Origin: an uncultured Actinomycetes bacterium | Lineage (GTDB): Bacteria > Actinomycetota > Thermoleophilia > Gaiellales > Gaiellaceae | Direction of reading: 5' to 3' | Assembly: GCA_963796265.1 (NCBI GenBank) | Contig: CAWCLA010000004.1 | Location: 5,873 to 69,872 of the forward strand | DNA length: 64,000 nucleotides | Shown here: positions 8,975 through 18,602 of the stretch, one piece after another | Numbering within the stretch: position 1 is the first letter of the stretch | Layout: each line of letters begins with the position of its first letter | Position numbers and translations under genes: made by a program | Notes under the pieces: model-generated | What the model was told of the DNA's origin: nothing | The model's database searches: none | Seen by the model: only the letters and a program-made list of their open reading frames with translations

Positions 8975-10377
8975 CTCAGCCTCTCCGGCACCGGGTCGAA
9001 GCGGATCGTCTGCTCGAGCGCGTGCCCGACCCGAAAGAGCGCGTTCTCGGCGAACTGCGGCCCGATGAGCTGCAGGCCGACCGGCAACCCCTCCGAGAGG
9101 CCGCACGGGACGTTGAGGCCGGGAAGACCGGCCATGCAGGACGGGATCGTGAGCAGGTCGCTGAGGTACATCGCGAGCGGGTCGGCGGTGCGCGCGCCGA
9201 GCGGGAACGCGACGGTCGGCGAGGTCGGCGAGACGAGTGCGTCGAACGTCTCGAAGAGCGCGTCGTGCTCGCGCCTGATCACCGTGCGCACCTTCTGCGC
9301 CTGGCCGTAGTACGCGTCGTAGTAGCCGGCCGAGAGCGCGTACGTCCCGACCATGATCCGCCGCTTCGGCTCGTCGCCGAAGCCCTCGTCGCGCGTCCGC
9401 TCGTACATCTCGAGCCGCTCGGACGCGTCCGCCCGGTGGCCGTAGCGGACACCGTCGTAGCGGGCGAGGTTCGAGGAGGCCTCCGCCGGGGTGATGAGGT
9501 AGTAGCAGGCCATCCCGTATTCGACGGAGAGCGGCAGCGAGCACTCCCCCACCTCCGCGCCGAGCTGCTCGAGCTTCGCGATCGCCGCCTGCACGGCCGC
9601 CGAGACGCCCGGCTCGATCCCCTCCGCCTCGTTGAGCTCCTTCGGAACCCCGATCCGCAGACCGCGCAGGTCCTCGGCGTCGGGCAGCTCGACCGGGTGC
9701 GGCAATTCAACCGTGGTCGTGTCGTTCGAGTCACGGCCCGCGATGATCGAGTAGAGGTACGCGCAGTCGCGGACCGTGCGCGCGACCGGGCCGACCTGGT
9801 CGAGGCTCGAGGCGAAGGCGACGATGCCGTAGCGCGACACCGTCCCGTAGGTCGGGCGGAGGCCGACGTTGCCGCAGAGCGCGGAGGGCTGCTTGATCGA
9901 GCCGCCGGTGTCGGAGCCGAGCGCCCACGGCGCGAGCCCGGCAGTCACGGCCGCCGCCGAGCCGCCGCCCGAGCCACCGGGCACGCGCGAGGGGTCCCAC
10001 GGGTTCCGCGACGGCCCGTAGGCGGAGTTCTCGGTCGAGGAGCCCATCGCGAACTCGTCGGTGTTCGTCTTGCCGAGGATCCGCAGCCCATGCGCTTTCA
10101 GCCGCTCGACGACCGTCGAGTCGTAGACGGGGACGTAGCCCTCGAGGATCTTCGAGCCGGCGGTCGTCGGGATCCCTTTCGTCCCGATCACGTCCTTGAG
10201 CGCGATCGGGATCCCGTCTCCCCCGGGGTCCTCGCAGAGGTGGAGGTAGCAGTGGAGCTCCTCGTCGCGCTCGCCGATCGCGGCGCGGTAGGCGGCGAAG
10301 AGCTCGGCGCCGGAGACCTCCTTGCGCTCGAGCAGGCCCTTGGCTTCCTCGGCGGTGAGACGGAGCGTGTCGATCAC
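8971..10377 (-). CDS. gatA: Glutamyl-tRNA(Gln) amidotransferase subunit A
   Basis: Amidase signature GGSSGGSAAAV and [15 protein letters not shown]. The GTG start overlaps the gatC stop (GTGTGA). Confidence 0.95.
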   Translation of the reverse strand: MIDTLRLTAEEAKGLLERKEVSGAELFAAYRAAIGERDEELHCYLHLCEDPGGDGIPIALKDVIGTKGIPTTAGSKILEGYVPVYDSTVVERLKAHGLRILGKTNTDEFAMGSSTENSAYGPSRNPWDPSRVPGGSGGGSAAAVTAGLAPWALGSDTGGSIKQPSALCGNVGLRPTYGTVSRYGIVAFASSLDQVGPVARTVRDCAYLYSIIAGRDSNDTTTVELPHPVELPDAEDLRGLRIGVPKELNEAEGIEPGVSAAVQAAIAKLEQLGAEVGECSLPLSVEYGMACYYLITPAEASSNLARYDGVRYGHRADASERLEMYERTRDEGFGDEPKRRIMVGTYALSAGYYDAYYGQAQKVRTVIRREHDALFETFDALVSPTSPTVAFPLGARTADPLAMYLSDLLTIPSCMAGLPGLNVPCGLSEGLPVGLQLIGPQFAENALFRVGHALEQTIRFDPVPERLR

Positions 10378-10664
10378 ACGGCGCCTCCGGGCGGCACCTT
10401 GAAGAAGTCGCCCTCGCGCTCGGGCGCGTTCGCCAGCGCCTCGGAGACCTGCAGGCACGGCCGCGGCTCGTCCTCGGCCCAGACGTTGACGACGTCGAGC
10501 GGGTGCGAGGTCGGCGGCACGTCGGCGAGGTCGAGCTCGGAGACCTTCGAGACGGCCGCGAGGATGTCGTTGAGCTGGCCCTCGAGCCGCTCGACCTCGT
10601 CCTCGCGCAGCTCGAGTCGCGCCAGATGCGCGACGTGGAGAAGCTGCTCGCGATCGATCGCCAT
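10374..10664 (-). CDS. gatC: Glutamyl-tRNA(Gln) amidotransferase subunit C
   Basis: [35 protein letters not shown] is the classic GatC N-terminus. I chose the internal ATG rather than the longest ORF. Confidence 0.85.
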   Translation of the reverse strand: MAIDREQLLHVAHLARLELREDEVERLEGQLNDILAAVSKVSELDLADVPPTSHPLDVVNVWAEDEPRPCLQVSEALANAPEREGDFFKVPPGGAV

Positions 10665-10723
10665 GGACTTCGATACTCGCAAAACCTCTCGCCGCCGCGC
10701 CTGACCAGCGCGGGCGCGAGACT

Positions 10724-10751
10724 GGAAAGGGCCCCGTCAGGGGCCCTTTCC
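10724..10751 (-). terminator. Terminator hairpin downstream of csp
   Basis: GGAAAGGGCCCC-GTCA-GGGGCCCTTTCC, a perfect 12-bp stem, 19 nt after the csp stop. Confidence 0.65.
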
Positions 10752-10769
10752 AGCGAGTATCCAGGTTCT

Positions 10770-10970
10770 CTAGATCGCTTGGACGTTCGCGGCCTGCGCG
10801 CCCTTGTCGCCCTGTACGACCTCGAACGACACGCGCTGACCCTCGGTCAGCGACTTGTAGCCGTCCATCGTGATCGCCGAGAAGTGGACGAAGACGTCGT
10901 CGCCGCCTTCGCGCTCGATGAAGCCGTAGCCCTTCTCGTTCGAGAACCACTTGACGGTGCCCTCAGCCAA
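10770..10970 (-). CDS. cspA: Cold-shock protein (CspA family)
   Basis: [26 protein letters not shown] carries the RNP1/RNP2 motifs. TTG start directly after GGAGGAAGGG. Confidence 0.9.
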   Translation of the reverse strand: MAEGTVKWFSNEKGYGFIEREGGDDVFVHFSAITMDGYKSLTEGQRVSFEVVQGDKGAQAANVQAI

Positions 10971-11044
10971 CCCTTCCTCCTTGCAGAAAAACGACGGCCC
11001 GGGCACCGAGCCGCCGACCATTGATGAAACAGCCGGAGTCTAAC

Positions 11045-11908
11045 TCAGTTTCGGGCGTCCGCAACCGCGCCGATCCGACGCGAACGCGCTGCCGTTACCG
11101 CGTTTTGCAGCACCATTGCGATGGTCATCGGCCCCACGCCACCGGGAACCGGCGTCATGTAGGCGGCTCGCTCCATTGCGCCGGGATCGACGTCTCCGAG
11201 CACCCGGCGACTGCCCTCCTCGCGGTTCATCCCGACATCGATCACGGTCGCGCCCGCCTTCACCATGTCGGCCGAGATCAGATGCAGGCGGCCGACGGCG
11301 GCGACGAGGAGGTCGGCGTCGAGAGTGTGCCGCTCGAGGTCCCGTGTGCGGGAGTGGCAGATCGTCACGGTCGCGTTGCGCTGGAGGAGGAGATGCGCCA
11401 TCGGCTTGCCGACGATGGCGGAGCGGCCGACGACGACGGCACGCGCGCCCTCGAGCGGGATCTCGTACTCGTCGAGCATCCGCATGATCCCGAGCGGCGT
11501 GCCCGGGACGAGCGCCGGCCGGCCGAGGTAGAGGCGGCCCGCGTTGACGGGATGGATGCCGTCGACGTCCTTGGCGGGCGCGATCGCCTCGATCGCGCGG
11601 TTCTCGTCGAGATGGTCGGGGAGCGGAAGCTGGACGAGGAGGCCGTCGATGTCGGCGTCGGCGTTGAGCTCGGCGATGGTCGCGAGCAGCGCTTCCTCGC
11701 TCGTCGAGGCGGGCAGCTCGAGGTCGCGCGCCTCCATCCCCGCCTGCTCCGCGGCCTTCTGCTTCAGGCCGATGTAGATGTGCGAGGCGGGGTCGTCGCC
11801 GACGAGAACGGTGGCGAGGCCGACGTGGCCCAGCTCGGCGACGGACGCGGCCACCTCCTCTCGCACCTTCGCGGCGAGGGTCTTGCCGTCGATGAGCGTT
11901 GCGGGCAC
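11045..11908 (-). CDS. folD: Bifunctional methylenetetrahydrofolate dehydrogenase/cyclohydrolase
   Basis: LATVLVGDDPASHIYIGLKQKA..VQLPLP..DVDGIHP..GRSAIVGKPMAHLL..PVPGGVGPMTIA. Confidence 0.95.
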   Translation of the reverse strand: MPATLIDGKTLAAKVREEVAASVAELGHVGLATVLVGDDPASHIYIGLKQKAAEQAGMEARDLELPASTSEEALLATIAELNADADIDGLLVQLPLPDHLDENRAIEAIAPAKDVDGIHPVNAGRLYLGRPALVPGTPLGIMRMLDEYEIPLEGARAVVVGRSAIVGKPMAHLLLQRNATVTICHSRTRDLERHTLDADLLVAAVGRLHLISADMVKAGATVIDVGMNREEGSRRVLGDVDPGAMERAAYMTPVPGGVGPMTIAMVLQNAVTAARSRRIGAVADARN

Positions 11909-11933
11909 GAGGCGAGGTTATAGCCTCCGCTCG

Positions 11934-13115
11934 ATGCGTCTTTCGCGAAAGAACGACCCGGATTCGGTGCGAGCCCGCCAGGGGGCGCTCGGCCTGCCGG
12001 AGGTCGACCTCGCGCCGTACGCGCGCGCCGCCGAGTCGGTGACCGGCCTCGTGTCGATCCCCGTCTCCGTCGCCCAGCTCGCGGTCTCGCTCGGCGAGTA
12101 CGAGCTGTCGGAGGACGGCGACGTCGTCGAGACCGGCCGGACGGATGAGGAGGCCGTCGTCCCGCTGGCCCACACCGAGGGCGGGTTGACGGCGTCCGTC
12201 CAGCGCGGCGCCAAGGCCATCGCGGAGTCCGGCGGAGCCCGAACGTATGTAATCGCCGACAGGATCACCAGAGCATCCTGTTTCATCTGCAAAGACTCAG
12301 GCGACGCGCTCGCGCTCGCGCGCTGGATCGAGGAGCAGGTGCCGGCGATGCGCGAGTTCCTGCGCGCCGCGGACCGGCCGGAGCTCTCGAGCTACGCGGT
12401 ACTGCGCGAGGCGAAGACGCACGTCGTCGGGCCGATGTGCCACGTCCTCTGGCGCTTCACGACCGGCGACGCCTTCGGCGCGAACATGATGACCCGCAAC
12501 GCCTACGCGCTGAACATGGCCTACGTGCTGCCGCAGGCGCCGGTGCCCGTCGAGAGGACGATCCTCGAGGCGAACATGGGCGGCGACAAGAAGCCGTCGT
12601 TCGAGTACTTCCAGCAGGGTCACGGCAAGACCGTGATCGCCGAGACGACGCTGACCGAGGCGGCGATCGAGCGCGTGCTGCGGACGACGCTCCACGACCT
12701 CGAGGAGCTCGCCTGGGCGGGGACCCACGGCGCGGTCGCGTCCGGGATGCAGTCGGTCGCCTTCACTCCCGCCTCTGCGATCGCAGCTGTCTTCGCCGCG
12801 ACCGGTCAGGATCTCGGGCTCGTCGCGACGAGCTCGATGGCGCACGGGACGGAGCAACGCGTCGAGGGCGGCCTCCACGTCTCGATCCGCTTTCCCGGGC
12901 TCGAGGTGGGGACGGTCGGCGGCGGCACGACGCTCCCCGACCCGAAGCGGTGGCTCGAGCTGATGGGCTGCGCGGGGCCCGGGAAGGTCTACCGGCTCGC
13001 CCAGCTCGTGGCCGCGACGGCCCTGGCCCTCGAGATCAGCGCCTCTGCCGCGATGGCGACGGCCGGCAGCGAGAACTTCTTCCGCGCCCACTTCGAGCGC
13101 GGCGGGATGCGCTAG
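11934..13115 (+). CDS. Soluble HMG-CoA reductase-like protein (class I-like catalytic domain only)
   Basis: PLAHTEGGLTASVQRGAKAI, GDAFGANMMT, GGDKKPS, ATGQD and GTVGGGT match the conserved HMGR blocks. There is no membrane domain. The first ATG follows the divergent folD start by 25 nt. Confidence 0.8.
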   Translation: MRLSRKNDPDSVRARQGALGLPEVDLAPYARAAESVTGLVSIPVSVAQLAVSLGEYELSEDGDVVETGRTDEEAVVPLAHTEGGLTASVQRGAKAIAESGGARTYVIADRITRASCFICKDSGDALALARWIEEQVPAMREFLRAADRPELSSYAVLREAKTHVVGPMCHVLWRFTTGDAFGANMMTRNAYALNMAYVLPQAPVPVERTILEANMGGDKKPSFEYFQQGHGKTVIAETTLTEAAIERVLRTTLHDLEELAWAGTHGAVASGMQSVAFTPASAIAAVFAATGQDLGLVATSSMAHGTEQRVEGGLHVSIRFPGLEVGTVGGGTTLPDPKRWLELMGCAGPGKVYRLAQLVAATALALEISASAAMATAGSENFFRAHFERGGMR

Positions 13116-13121
13116 AGAGCC

Positions 13122-14270
13122 GTGCTCTACGACCCGGCACAGTTCGAGCCGCTGACCGAAGAACCGTGGGATCCGGCGCGCGCCGAACGCGCGATCGCCG
13201 CGATCGTCGCCGACGCCGACACGGCCTTCGACCCGGACGCGCTCTGGCCGGCGCACGAGTGGGACGGCTGGCAGGCGGCACTCCCGCTGAAGAATCTCTA
13301 CGTAGGCGCCGCCGGCGTCGTCTGGGCGCTCGCCGCGCTGCGCCCGGTCTCCCAATCGCGGCTCGATCTCGCAGCGGCCGCGCTGCGCGCTCTCGAGCGC
13401 TGGCGCGCGGAGCCGGACTTCACGGAAGGCGAGGAGATCCCGGCACTGGCCGGGGCCGCCCTCTTCTACGGCGAGACGGGGCCGCTGCTCGTCTCGCTCC
13501 TGCTCGCGCCCGACGCAGGCCGCGCCGATCGCCTGCACGAGCTCGTGCGCGCGAACCGCGACAACGAGGCGAACGACCTCTTCTACGGAGCGCCGGGCGC
13601 GCTCCTGGCCGCCGCCGCGATGCGCGATGCCACCGGAGAGCGACGGTGGGAGGAGGCGGCACGCGAGACCGCCGACGCCGTCGCGACCCGTCGCGAGGAG
13701 GACGGTCTCTGGACGCAGCGTCTCTGGGGCGGGGAGTTCAAGGCCGTCGGCGCCTCGCACGGCGCCGTCGCGAACGTCCGGGCGCTCCTCCACGTCGACC
13801 ATCCCCGCAACGACGGGCTCCGGCGCGAGACGGCCGCGCTCCTCGCCCGGCACGCGAAGCGCGAGGACGGCCTGGCGAACTGGACGGACGAGCCGAGGCT
13901 GCAGTGGTGCGTCGGCGCGCCCGGGATCCTCGTCGCAGCCTGGGACTACCTCGACGAGGATCTCGTCCTCGCCGGCGCCAACCTGATCTGGCAGGCCGGC
14001 GCCCACGGCGACGAGAAGGGCCACGGCATCTGTCACGGCACCTCGGGCAACGGCTTCGCGCTCCTCAAGACGTTTGCCCGTACCGGCGACGAGCTCTGGC
14101 TTGGCCGCGCACGCCGGTTCGCGGTCCACGCTCTCGCTCAGGCGGAGCGAGTAGCGGCGGCGAACGGCCGCCGCCGCTACTCGCTCTTCACCGGCGACCT
14201 CGGCACTGCGCTCTTCGCCTCCGCCTGCCTCGACCCCGACCCGCGGTATCCGGTGCTCGACAGGCTCTAG
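13122..14270 (+). CDS. LanC-like (lanthionine synthetase C family) protein
   Basis: SHGAVAN, WCVGAPGI and GICHGTSGNG correspond to the His and Cys/Cys-His zinc and catalytic motifs of LanC. GTG start 6 nt after the HMGR-like stop. Confidence 0.8.
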   Translation: MLYDPAQFEPLTEEPWDPARAERAIAAIVADADTAFDPDALWPAHEWDGWQAALPLKNLYVGAAGVVWALAALRPVSQSRLDLAAAALRALERWRAEPDFTEGEEIPALAGAALFYGETGPLLVSLLLAPDAGRADRLHELVRANRDNEANDLFYGAPGALLAAAAMRDATGERRWEEAARETADAVATRREEDGLWTQRLWGGEFKAVGASHGAVANVRALLHVDHPRNDGLRRETAALLARHAKREDGLANWTDEPRLQWCVGAPGILVAAWDYLDEDLVLAGANLIWQAGAHGDEKGHGICHGTSGNGFALLKTFARTGDELWLGRARRFAVHALAQAERVAAANGRRRYSLFTGDLGTALFASACLDPDPRYPVLDRL

Positions 14271-14743
14271 CCGGAGGGCGTGCTGAGGCGGTGGTGGCGG
14301 ATGAGAGCGAGTGCGGTTGCGAGGGCGAGGACGAGGAAGCCGAGGAGGCCGAGCTCCAGCAGGAGGTTCGTGAGCCCGCGCCCGGATACGGCCGGGTGCT
14401 CGAACTGGGCGGTGACGATCAGGATTCGCCGTACGACCGCGATCAGGCCGATGAAGAGGAACGGTTCGGCGACGATCTCGTGGGTTCGCAGCACGAAGCG
14501 GAGCGTGTAGACGAGCTCGGCGATGATCAGGGTGAGCAGGATGCGGTCGAGGATGGTGACCGCGGTGTTGACCGCGCCGGCACCGGTCGAGATCGCGTGC
14601 GCGAGCTCGTGCACGGTCCCTACGAGGACGAGGACGGCGGCGACCGCGAGCAGGATCGCCACCGCCGCGTAGAGCACTTCCTCGAAGCGAACGAGGCCGC
14701 CGAGCAACCTCGCACTCGGCCCGGATTGAGTCGGGGCAGTCAC
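14267..14743 (-). CDS. Small membrane protein, PsiE-like (four hydrophobic segments)
   Basis: The C-terminal part of ORF 14267..15415: FEEVLYAAVAILLAVAAVLVL..ILDRILLTLIIAELVYTL..PFLFIGLIAVVRRILI. I chose the GTG at 14743, after the upstream stop; the start is uncertain. Confidence 0.5.
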   Translation of the reverse strand: MTAPTQSGPSARLLGGLVRFEEVLYAAVAILLAVAAVLVLVGTVHELAHAISTGAGAVNTAVTILDRILLTLIIAELVYTLRFVLRTHEIVAEPFLFIGLIAVVRRILIVTAQFEHPAVSGRGLTNLLLELGLLGFLVLALATALALIRHHRLSTPSG

Positions 14744-14766
14744 GGTCGGGGGTGTCGGCTCGGTGC

Positions 14767-15405
14767 TCAGGCGGGCTCCTGCTGATCGGGTGCCACCCAA
14801 CGGTAAACGGGATCGGCCGCGAGCGAGAGCTCTGCGACATCGACGATCCGGGGGGCGGCGGCGAAGCAGCGCTGCCAGGCGAGCCCCGCGCGCCAGACAG
14901 CGGGGTGCCGAATTGCCTGGCCGACGGTCGCGCGGACATTGCTGCCGTGGAAGACGAACACCGCCTCGCTCTCGCCCAGATACACCTCGTGGGCATTGAG
15001 TCCGAGCATGGCCGGATCGAGCGGTGGCCCCTCCGCGAGCAGAGTGTGCGCCCGACCGAGACAGCCCGGCTCGAGCGGTACCGAGACGGCGAGCACGTCG
15101 CCGCCGACACGTCGGGTGAGCGACACGAGCAGGTCGGCGATCTCGGGCAGCAGCGCCATGCCGAGCGGCGCCACCTGCACCGGCGCCAGGTTCAGCCGCT
15201 CGAGCACCAGCGTCGGATAGCCGTTCAGCCGCTCGCTCGGGCGACCGCCGACCCGCACCGCGGACAGATCGGCGACGGGAATCTCCAGCTCCAGCTCGCC
15301 CGAGCGGCCACGCCCGGACAGACGCAGCCGATTCCGCTCGACCTCGAGCGCGCCCGCCGCCTCGAGCCCACCGTTCCGGAAGATCACGGCGAAGCGCTCG
15401 TGCAT
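14767..15405 (-). CDS. Hypothetical protein (212 aa)
   Basis: High GC3 and normal composition. It sits 23 nt upstream of the PsiE-like gene. I recognised no family. Confidence 0.5.
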   Translation of the reverse strand: MHERFAVIFRNGGLEAAGALEVERNRLRLSGRGRSGELELEIPVADLSAVRVGGRPSERLNGYPTLVLERLNLAPVQVAPLGMALLPEIADLLVSLTRRVGGDVLAVSVPLEPGCLGRAHTLLAEGPPLDPAMLGLNAHEVYLGESEAVFVFHGSNVRATVGQAIRHPAVWRAGLAWQRCFAAAPRIVDVAELSLAADPVYRWVAPDQQEPA

Positions 15406-15500
15406 CCAGCCACATTCGGCCCCCCGGGGGCGGCTCGCATCCGCATGCCTGCCGCGGGCGACCGCGGGAAACTACGCATCCATGGCCGCTTGACGGTACG

Positions 15501-15971
15501 TCAGCCCGCGGTGGGCCGCTCGGCGTAGGCCACGCGCTCGAACGGCCACTCGGTCTCGAGCCAGCCCGTGACGGACCGCCAGAGCTCTACGTCGAGCTCG
15601 GACCGACTCGCCCGCACCCAGGAGCGCACACGCGCATCATGCTCTTCGCTCCTGTCGGCATAGATGTACACGCACCCGATCACGTCACCGGTCGCAGGAT
15701 CGAGGACCGTGTACGTGAAGCCCACCCGGTTCTCGAAGTCGTCAGCGTGTCCTTGCAGGTCGCGCAGGTTGTCCGCCAGGTTGCGGTCGTCGGGCCAGGA
15801 GCTCGCCTGCCAGCCAGGCGTCAGGTGGATGTGCTCCACGGACGACGACCACGCCTCATAGTCGGATTCGTTGTGCTGCGGCCCGAGCGGCTCGAGCGTG
15901 AACCTCTCCGTCGCAAGAGCGAGCGGGGCGACGAATCCGGGCGGCACGAAGGGGCCTTCCACGACACCCAC
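15501..15971 (-). CDS. GNAT-family N-acetyltransferase (probable)
   Basis: 156 aa with ERFTLEPLGPQH..FTYTVLDPATGDVIGCVYIY..RVRSWV, the typical pattern of Acetyltransf_3-like proteins. Confidence 0.6.
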   Translation of the reverse strand: MGVVEGPFVPPGFVAPLALATERFTLEPLGPQHNESDYEAWSSSVEHIHLTPGWQASSWPDDRNLADNLRDLQGHADDFENRVGFTYTVLDPATGDVIGCVYIYADRSEEHDARVRSWVRASRSELDVELWRSVTGWLETEWPFERVAYAERPTAG

Positions 15972-15998
15972 ATCTTGGTCGAACCAGCGGCCGGGTGT

Positions 15999-16685
15999 CT
16001 ACTCGAGAATCGCCACGTAGTAGCCGCTGCCGCTCTCTTCGAGCAGGCGGCGGATCCGCCACTCTGTGCCTTCGAGGATGGCCGCCATCTCGTCCGGTGA
16101 GACGATCAGGTAGTCGAACCAGGGCCCGATGAGGTCGCGATAGCGAACACGCAGCCGTAACTGGCCGGCCATTCGGCCCCGCTCGAGGTTGCGCTCCTGA
16201 TAGGCGAGATGGGTCGGGTCTTTCGTCGCATATGGGTTGTTCGAGCCTGCCACGATTCTGTCGGCCAGCGGGCGGAGCCGCCGAAGCAGGCGCCGGGCCG
16301 TGCTCGGCGAGCCGAAGAGGCCGAAGTTGTTGCCGAACATGACGATCGTGTCGAACCGCCCGACCGAGTCGTCGAGGTCTTCGAACGCGAGCAGCCGCAC
16401 GTCGCGGACTCCGCGTCGACGTGCCACCTCGACCGCGCCGGCCGACACGTCGATCCCGACGACGCTTCTTCCACGCCGCTGCAGTTCCAGAGCCGCTCGC
16501 CCCGCGCCCACACCGGCGTCGAGCACCCTTCCGCGCACCCACCGGAGTGCGCGACGCTCCACCGCGGGCCACCGAGCGACGGGTGCGAAGTAGACCGTCT
16601 TCCCGGCGTCGAGGAACCCGTCGTCCCGCTCGATGATCTCCAGGCCCGTCCCGTCGAGGAGCATCTGCCCAAAGGCGTCCGCCAT
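15999..16685 (-). CDS. Class I SAM-dependent methyltransferase
   Basis: VLDAGVGAGRAALELQRRGRSVVGIDVS (motif I) followed by FDTIVMFGNNF. Confidence 0.8.
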   Translation of the reverse strand: MADAFGQMLLDGTGLEIIERDDGFLDAGKTVYFAPVARWPAVERRALRWVRGRVLDAGVGAGRAALELQRRGRSVVGIDVSAGAVEVARRRGVRDVRLLAFEDLDDSVGRFDTIVMFGNNFGLFGSPSTARRLLRRLRPLADRIVAGSNNPYATKDPTHLAYQERNLERGRMAGQLRLRVRYRDLIGPWFDYLIVSPDEMAAILEGTEWRIRRLLEESGSGYYVAILE

Positions 16686-16778
16686 GCTCCGAACCTACAC
16701 CCCGACGGCGCAGGAGACACGACGCCGCCCTGCGCCAGTGTGCGGGAATGACGCCTGACGGCTACTGCGAGCGGCAGC

Positions 16779-17324
16779 TCAGCCCCAAGGCAGGCGTGAC
16801 CAGTACGGCGGCCGCGCTCGCCGGAACCTCTCGGCAGTCGCATAGACCTGCTCGGGATCGGATGTCTCGTTCTCCACACTCGCGCCGAAGCGCGCTGCGA
16901 GGTCCGACACCGGATACCGCACTTCCGGGCTTATGTGCGCGCCAACCATCACGACCACGCACGGCGCGTCACCAGCCCCCACGAAGGCGTGCTCCGTCCA
17001 GGGCGGCGAGTGGAAGAAGTCCCAGGCTCGGAGGCGTCGCTCCTCGTCCTCGACAAGCAGTCTGCACTCACCGGCGAGAACAAGAAACGCCTCCTGATTC
17101 GCCTCGGCGTGGTAGACGCTGCTCTGGCCCGGCTCGAGGACGGTCACATTGATCCCGAGCTGCGGGAACTCGATCGGAGCTTCGCCGTACTCGTTCGCGA
17201 ACCAACACGCTGCCCCCCTCGTCTCCGAAGAGAACCACTCGGCATCGCCGACGTTGACGACAAACCAACCCTCCGTGACGGGGGCAAGGCCGGAGCCAGC
17301 GTCCTCAAGCCTCGCTTCGTTCAC
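16779..17324 (-). CDS. Cupin-domain protein
   Basis: The C-terminal 181 aa of ORF 16779..18542: GINVTVLEPGQSSVYHAEANQEAFLVLAGECRLLVEDEE..WDFFHSPPWTEHAFVG. GTG start at 17324 (uncertain). Confidence 0.65.
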   Translation of the reverse strand: MNEARLEDAGSGLAPVTEGWFVVNVGDAEWFSSETRGAACWFANEYGEAPIEFPQLGINVTVLEPGQSSVYHAEANQEAFLVLAGECRLLVEDEERRLRAWDFFHSPPWTEHAFVGAGDAPCVVVMVGAHISPEVRYPVSDLAARFGASVENETSDPEQVYATAERFRRARPPYWSRLPWG

Positions 17325-17501
17325 GCAGCAGATTCTCGCAGTCCAAGCGACGGCTGTCTCGTCCGGGCCCGGCGTCCTCTCGCCCGGCGAGAAAGCAACC
17401 ACGGGGGCCGGTCGACGTTCGCCGGGCCCGGGACGAACCGCGGCGCGTTCCGCGCGCGCCACCGCTGCCGCCGGGCCGGCCGAAGGGACTACGCTGCGCG
17501 C

Positions 17502-18602
17502 ATGGAGTCGACGATGTGGGCGGTGCGGAAGGAACGCCCGGCATCCGGCCTCGATCTCGTCGAAATTCCGGTGCCGGCGATCCGCCCCGACGAGGTGCTC
17601 GTTCGGGTCGAGGCGGCGAGCATCTGCGGCACGGACCTCCACATCTACAACTGGGACGGGTGGTCTCAGCAGCGGATCCGGCCGCCGCTGACGCTGGGCC
17701 ACGAGTTCGCAGGCACGGTCGTCGAGGCCGGCCCGCTCGTCCGGAACGCGCAGGTCGGCGACTACGTGTCGGCCGAGAGCCACGTCACCTGCGGCGTCTG
17801 CTTCAACTGCCGCACCGGGCGAGCGCACATGTGCGAGCAGACCCGGATTCTCGGCGTCGACCGCGACGGCGCGTTCGCCGAGTACGTCGCCGTTCCCGAC
17901 AGCGTGCTCTGGCAGAACGACCGGGACAAGCTGCCGCCCGAGATCGCGACGCTGCAGGAGCCCTTCGGCAACGCCGTCTTCGCGGTCGGGCACGCCGACC
18001 TCGCCGGGAAGACGGTCGGGATCCTCGGCTGCGGCCCGGTCGGCCTGTTCAGCATCGGCATCGCGCGCGCCTCCGGCGCGGGGCGCATCCTGGCCACCGA
18101 CACGAAAGCCTTCCGGCTCGAGCTCGCGCGGCAGATGGGCGCGCACGCAGCCGTCGACGTGTCCTCGACGAACAACACAGCCGCCGCGCTCCTCGAGCTG
18201 AACGAGGGCGAGCGTCTCGACGTCGTCTTCGAGATGTCGGGCGCGCCCGAGGCGATCGAGACGGCCCTCGTGGCGGCCCGGAACGGCGGCCGCGTGATCC
18301 TGTTCGGCATCCCGGCCCGCCCCGTGGAGCTCGACATCGCGGAGACGCTGATCTTCAAGAACCTCGACGTCTCGGCGGTGAGCGGCCGGCAGGTCTGGGA
18401 CAGCTGGTACCGCACACGTTGGCTCCTCGAGCACGGCGTCGTCGACCTGCGCCCGCTCGTCACGGCGGAGTGCGCCCTCGACGACTACGAGCACGCGTTC
18501 GAGCTGCTCGCGAGCGGGGCGGCCTGCAAGATCGTGCTCCACCCGCAGGCCGGCGCGCTGGCCGGAAGCGCCTCCGGCGCCGCCGGGGAGGCGGCCGCGT
18601 GA
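17502..18602 (+). CDS. tdh: L-threonine 3-dehydrogenase (Zn-dependent MDR family)
   Basis: ASICGTDLHIY..GHEFAGTVVE..CGVCFNCRTGRAHMC..GCGPVGL, coupled to kbl downstream. Confidence 0.9.
   Translation: MESTMWAVRKERPASGLDLVEIPVPAIRPDEVLVRVEAASICGTDLHIYNWDGWSQQRIRPPLTLGHEFAGTVVEAGPLVRNAQVGDYVSAESHVTCGVCFNCRTGRAHMCEQTRILGVDRDGAFAEYVAVPDSVLWQNDRDKLPPEIATLQEPFGNAVFAVGHADLAGKTVGILGCGPVGLFSIGIARASGAGRILATDTKAFRLELARQMGAHAAVDVSSTNNTAAALLELNEGERLDVVFEMSGAPEAIETALVAARNGGRVILFGIPARPVELDIAETLIFKNLDVSAVSGRQVWDSWYRTRWLLEHGVVDLRPLVTAECALDDYEHAFELLASGAACKIVLHPQAGALAGSASGAAGEAAA

Noticed and set aside
7468-10704. 1078-aa plus-strand ORF covering the whole gatCAB region. Similar giant ORFs occur at 104..2290, 12297..15110, 33199..35277, 35365..37392, 50038..52419, 50670..53726, 45142..47700 and 45644..47800.
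   Set aside because: They are Arg/Ala/Pro/Gly/Asp-rich with no recognisable motifs. They lie antisense or out of frame to genes with unmistakable homology. These are the classic open-frame artefacts of very GC-rich DNA.
11934-13115. The HMG-CoA reductase as part of a mevalonate pathway or terpenoid cluster.
   Set aside because: The window has no HMG-CoA synthase, mevalonate or phosphomevalonate kinase, decarboxylase, IPP isomerase or prenyltransferase. The only partner is the LanC-like gene.
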